This document shows, piece after piece, positions 8,501 through 14,500 of a DNA stretch of 20,000 nt. Every line of letters begins with the position of its first letter. Positions within the stretch are counted from its first letter, which is position 1. Origin of the DNA: an uncultured virus (IMG/VR IMGVR_UViG_3300029955_000023) (taxonomy: Duplodnaviria > Heunggongvirae > Uroviricota > Caudoviricetes); the IMG/VR virus record IMGVR_UViG_3300029955_000023. The stretch is one strand, 5' to 3'. Under the pieces are notes generated by a model that was given only the letters and a program-made list of their open reading frames with translations, made no database searches and was not told the DNA's origin. Both the position numbers and the translations under genes were made by a program.

Positions 8501-11500
8501 TACGTTCAGGCCCTCCACCCGATCGTAGAGAGGGAGCATCCAGTCGCGGAACATCTTGAACACGCCGTCGAGCGCGCGCGTCGGCGCGGTTCCCTCGTAA
8601 AGCCAGCGCATGTAGCCGTTGGCGAACTTCTCGTGCGCCTTGGTCGAGATCACGTTGTCCGCGCCAACGCCTGTTTCGCGCTTGGCAACCTCCCACATAT
8701 CGCGCATCCGTTGCGGCGCTTCAGGATGTGCGGCGTCGCGCTTGAGCATCTCGAAGAAATCGTGGCCGAGTTCGTGGATCGCCGTCGTCGCGTTGGCAAT
8801 TTTCATCAACGTGATGATCGACCGCTGGCCGAGCCGCAAGAGGATGCGGCCGAACTGGCTCTGCTCAAGCTTGCGCTCGTCCTCATCTGGCTTCTCGGCT
8901 TCAATGGCCTGCGGAGCCTTTGACGGGTCTTTCGGCTTCAAGTCCTCCGTCAGCGCGGCCAGCTTCGCAGCCGCTTCGGCGTATTCCGCTTGGCGCGGCC
9001 ATGTCGCCGCCGCTGCCTTCGACAGCGTGTCGTATTCTTTCTGGTTCCCCGCGATCTGCGCCTCGACGCGATCCGCCTGCGCCTTGATCTCCGCGAGCAA
9101 CCCGGTGAACTTCGCCATCAGGCCGACCGGATCAGTCTCGCTGTTGATGATGAACTCGTTCGGGCTGGCGTAAAGGCTATTTCCCTCAAGCTGTAGCTTG
9201 CCGACGGTGATGATGTTTTCCTCTTGCGACGCGCCGCCGTAGGAATAGCTGCGCCTCAATTCGATGCTGGCCGGGAAGCCGCCAATCTCGCCGAAGTTAA
9301 GTGCGCGGGCGCTATGGCTCAATTGCGGAGCAATCCGCAGCACGCCGTCACGCACCTTCTCGCCGGCTGCTTTCCGGTCCGTGAGCGTGGTCCCGTCGCT
9401 CAACGTGATCTTGAACTTGTCGCCGCGAATGTCCTGCACGCGCTCGGAATCCTCTTTCGCAGGCGCAAGGTTCCGCTTCAATTCTTCAATGTGAGATTGC
9501 AGGCCCTTCACCTGCCACGTCGCACGCTGCTTGGTCTGGTCGAAACCGCGCTTTTGCGCCGTCAGTTGCCGCACCTGCCGCGTCAGTTCGGCGTGCTGCA
9601 TGATGCGCGGGTCGCCGGAGGCCGCCGCCTTGAGCATCTCGGCCTCGGGCAACGGGTTGTCGATGTCCTCGGCGACGCGGACGCCCTTCGATCCGCTGTT
9701 GACCTGCCCGATGAACTTCGCCTTGCGCTCTAAAAGCTGCCAGCGCGTCGCGTCCAGCGACCGTTCGGTGATGTAGCGCAGGATATGGACCTCTTTGTTG
9801 AGGTTGCCTTGGCGCAAAATGCGCCCATCGCGCTGTTCGATCTCCGCCGGCTTATGTGTCGGGTCCATGTGGTGCATGGCGATCAGGCGCTTCTGCGCGT
9901 TGGTGCCGACGCCCATCTTTTCCGTCGAGCCGATCAGCACGCGCGTCACGCCGTCATTCATGCGCGCGAATAGGGCGCGCTTCTTCTCATCGCTGTCGGC
10001 GTCGTGGATGAACTCGATCTCCTTGCGCGGGATACCTTCGGCCACAAGCCGCTGGCGCATGTCCTCGTAAAGATTGATCGGTGGCGGCTTCCCGGCCGCG
10101 CTCTCGTCCTTCGGGACCACGGTGCGCAGCGCCTTCTGCTCGGCCTTGGTCAGATCGCCCCACGAACGCTGCCAGTCGCGGTCCTCAATGTTCTTCGTCG
10201 ATCCCGCCGCGCGCGCCCAATCCATGCGCTCGTCGCCGGTCACGGCGTCCCAAGTCGCGGCGTAGCCTTCATCGCTCTCGGCGACCCTGGCCTTGGGCGT
10301 GCCGCGATCCATGAACACCATCTGCGAGCGCGCGTTCGGATCGTCCTTGTAGCGGTCGTATATGTCTTTGATGTTCTTGACCGCGAGCGCGATTTTGCCG
10401 TTCGGGTTGAACTCCATCGGCTTCGGCACCGCAAAGCCCATGATGTCGCCGTCGCGCAGCAAGCGCCCGTCGAGCGCGGCCTTGTTCCCGGCCCCCATGA
10501 GCGACAGCGTGTTGTCCTCGCCCTTCTCGCGCCGCAGGCCCTTGATCTCGGCGAGGCGCTCCACGATGCGCCGCACGGCGGCTTCCTCGTGCTCGGAAAG
10601 CTGCGCGGTGTGAACTTCGATCCCCGGCTTGCCGTCGCGCGTCATCAACGCCGGGCGTGGCAGGTTCAACTGCTCGGCCGATTGCGAGTCGGCGATCTCG
10701 GAATAGAGCGAGATCAACTCGGGAATGTTGACGAACTTCGAGAACGACGTGACGTCTTTGATCGACCTCCCGTCGGGAGCCATCTCGGGCTGCGTCACCA
10801 CCTTGCCGAAGGTGTTGCCCCAAGCGTCGAACTTATCCAACCCGCGCTCTTTGAGCTTGTCGAGTTGCAGATAGCGCATCATGGTCCAAAGCTCGGCCAT
10901 GCTGTTCGACATCGGCGTGCCGGTCGCGAAGATCGCCGAGCGCCCAGGCTTGCGCTGCTCGAGGTAGCGAATCTTCATAAACAAGTCCTCCGACCGCTGC
11001 GAGGCGGCGGAGGAAAGCCCGCGAATGTTCGAGTAGCGCGTCGGGAAGGCAAGGTTTTTGAACAGGTGCGCCTCATCGACGATCACTTGGTCAATGCCCG
11101 ATTCCTCGAATGTCGTTCCCTCGTCCTTCACTTCGTCGTTCAACAGTTTTTGCAGTCGGGCGTTCATCTTCTCCATCGCGCTTTCAAGCTGCTTGACGGT
11201 GCGCGACTTCTTTGTTTCCCCCGCCGCACGATCCGCCGCCTGCTGCGCTTTAAGCGCTTCGCGATATTCCGCAAGCTGGTCTTGGATGAATTGGCCTTGC
11301 GTTTCGCTCGATACGCCGATGCGTCCGAACGCGCTGTGCGTGAAGATCACGGCGTCCCAATCGTTCGAGGCGGTTTTGGCTACAAACGCGCGGCGCGCGT
11401 CGGGCGACATCTCGTCCTTGTTCGCCACTAGGATGTTGGCGTCAGGATAGGCCTGAATGAACTCGGTCGAGAATTGGTCGAGCATGTGGTTCGGGACGGC

Positions 11501-14500
11501 CACGCAAGGCTTTTGAATAAGTCCCAGCCGCTTTTGCTCCATCGCCGCCGCTATCATCGTTACGGTCTTACCGCTCCCGACCGCGTGCGCGAGCAGCGTG
11601 TTGCCCTTCTGCAAGATGCGCCAGACCGCGTTCTTTCGGTGCGCGCGGTCGGTGAACATCGGATTGAGGCCCGGTAGCGTCAGGTGCGAGCCGTCGGCCT
11701 TCCATTGCACCAGATCGTTCATGGTCCGATTGTAGACGCCCTCAAGCAATTCGCCGCGCTGCTGGTCCGCGAACGCCCAAGGCTCCACGCCCTTGTCAGG
11801 GTCGCCGGAGAACATCGAGCGGATTTCCTCGATCTTCGCCGCGACTTCTTCTGTCTTGGCTTGGTTCACAACGCGCGTGTCGCGGTCGATCTGGTCATAG
11901 ACCGTGATCTGATTGTTGTTGAACGCCGCCTTCATGATCGACTTGAGAGTGACGTCAGATCGACCGACGCCCCATTTCGTCTCTGCCGATGGCTTGAAGC
12001 GGTCAGCCTCGACGCGCCATTCCTTGTTGACCGGCAGCAATTCGACCTTCGGATTGACCGCGCCCAATTCCTTGAGGAAGTCGGCGTGGACCTGCGCGGG
12101 TATCCACGGTGCGCCCAACTGCGCCGTGATGTCTACGGCTGTCAGCAGGGGCGGCTGCACCTTTTCGAGCGCCGCGACGTTGCGCGCATAGGTCGGATCG
12201 GTCGCGGCGATGGCGCGCGCATCTTCCAACTTCTTGATGACGGTTCCCGACAGGTATTGATCGGCGGATTCCCATTCGCGCCCGTTCGGGTTCTGGTAGA
12301 TCAGGTCGCCCAAGCGCGCGACAACCTCGTCCTCGTCCTTCGCTCCCATAAGCTTACCGATCTCTTGCAGATCGACCTTGCCTTGGGTGTCAAGCACGGA
12401 CGCCAGCGCGTCGGCGGAACTGTTGATCTTGCGGTCCACCGGCGCGGCGATGACGTCCTTGGTCTGGATCGCGGCGCGCGTCGCCGTATCCTTCTCAGGA
12501 TCGTAATTCTCAATGGACGCAACCTTGTAGACGTCGGGGTCGTCGCGGAATTCCTCGAAGTTCGGATGCTTGATGCGAACCTGCGGGTTGCCGTCAGCGT
12601 CCAGCTTCTTCGAGACGATCTTAACCTCTTTGCGGATCGGGCCGTGTTTCGCCACGAACTCGTCGTAGGCGTCGCGCAGCGCCTCGCGCAGCTTCTCGGC
12701 GTCGCCGCCCTTGCCGAGTTGCGCCTTGAGCAGATCGTTGTAGATGTCGCGTATGCCGATCAGCTTCGACACGCGCGCAACGGTCTCCGGCGACATTTTC
12801 TGCGGCTCGCCAATGCCCTGAACGCGCCGGTAAATCTGGCCGTCTTTGAGAGCGTATCCGCCTTCTTTGACGTCCATTCCCATGTCGTCGCGATTGATGG
12901 TCGGCGGCGGCGGCGTGGCGCGCTTGGTGAAAGCGCCGGGCGGCATTTTTCCCGCCGCCTCGCCGATCTTGGCGCGCAAATCGTCCGGCTCGCCCATCAG
13001 CACGGGCTCGTTCGCTCCATACATCGAGCCTTTCAGCCGCATTTCGCCGAGCATCATGTCGGGGCGGTCGGCGAAATACTCGTTGATGTGCGTCGGGCCT
13101 TCCGGCGTCTGGATTTCCTTCGTGTCCATCCAGTCCGCGCTCGCGAACGGAGCCTCGCCCGGAATCTTCTTGCGCAGGAAGATAATGTCGGTCGTGACTT
13201 CTGTTCCAGCGTTGCCGGCGAATGCGCCCTCCTTGCCGCCTGGCAAGCGGATCGCGCCCACAAGATCGGCGTCTTTCGCCAGCCGCGCGCGCACGTCCGA
13301 ATTGGCCTTGTCCATCGTCCCCTTGGACGTGATGAACGCCACCACGCCGCCAGGGCGAACCTTGTCGAGCGACTTCACAAAAAAGAAATCGTGGATCAGG
13401 TGAGTGCCGTGCGGCTTCTCCGTCAGCGAATAGCTGCCGAACGGCACGTTGGAGATCGCGAGATCGTAATAGTTCGACGGGCGCTTGAGCGTCTCGAAGC
13501 CCTGATTGTTGACCTCCGCGCCGCCGTATAGCGCCTTGGTGATGCGGGCGGACAGCGGGTCAAGTTCAACAGCGGTCCATGACGTGCGCGGCGCGACGCT
13601 ATCGGGAATGAGACCGATGAAATGGCCGATGCCGGCCGACGGCTCGATGGCCTCGCCGCCCTTGTAGCCGAGCGCCGTCAGCGCATCCCACATGCCCTTG
13701 ACGACTTCCGGCGACGTATAGTGCGCGTTCTTCGTCGAAGCGCGCGCGGCGGCGTATTCCTCGTTGGTGACGAGAGCGCGAAACGCCTTGCGCTCCGCCT
13801 TGAACTCATCCTGCCGGTCGGCATTGAACATCTTTTCAGAGAACGCGCCCCAGCCGGTGTATTTGACCAGCTTCGCCTTTTCCTCTTGCGTCGCCTCGCG
13901 CGCCTCGTCCTCGATCAGCTTGAGCGTCTTGATCGCGTCGATGTTCGCCCGAATCTTCGCCTTCGGGCCGCCCTCGCCGATGGCGTCGGCGTCGGTGATG
14001 CGATAGTTCGCGCGCGACCGCTCCGCGATCTTTTGGCGCGCTTCTACTCGTCCTGCGGCTGCGGCGTCGGTTGATGGATCAGGTCGTGCCTGATCAGTTC
14101 CGTCAGAGCTTCTTGGTGGCCCGCTAACACTTTCTCCCTCGCCAACTGGTCCAAGTCCCTCGTCTCGTCGAGCTTCTTGAACATTTCGTGGTTCATCGTC
14201 TCCGCCGCCGACTCCCCCACCGAGGTCAGTCGTGCTTGGAGTTTGCCGGATTGGCTTAGGCTCCGGTGCAGGCGTGGGTGATTCGCTTTCAGGAAGCTCT
14301 CGTGCTCCGCCGCGAACCGTCTCTCCATCGCGTCCATAATCGACACTCCATTCCGGCGCGCTCGCCCAGGCGTCATCGAACAACTTGAGCGCCCGATCCA
14401 TCACGTCGCGGTAGATCGCGGTATCAGCCGGGTCGACCGATTCTTTCAGCCGCTTCACCGGCTGTCGCATCTCGTGCGCCTCGTCCATAACCCGCATCAC

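Noticed and set aside
11684..13531. 615-aa + strand ORF, and similar long antisense ORFs at 10004-11431 and 14879-16309
   Set aside because: These are in-register antisense shadows of a GC-biased gene, rich in R/L/V/H, with no motifs. The minus frame carries the conserved domains.
14338..14376. Longer starts for the nested ORFs (14376, 8313) and for the spacer gene (5660)
   Set aside because: The extensions read as Arg-rich shadow sequence. The SD sites and overlaps point to 14337, 8280 and 5507.
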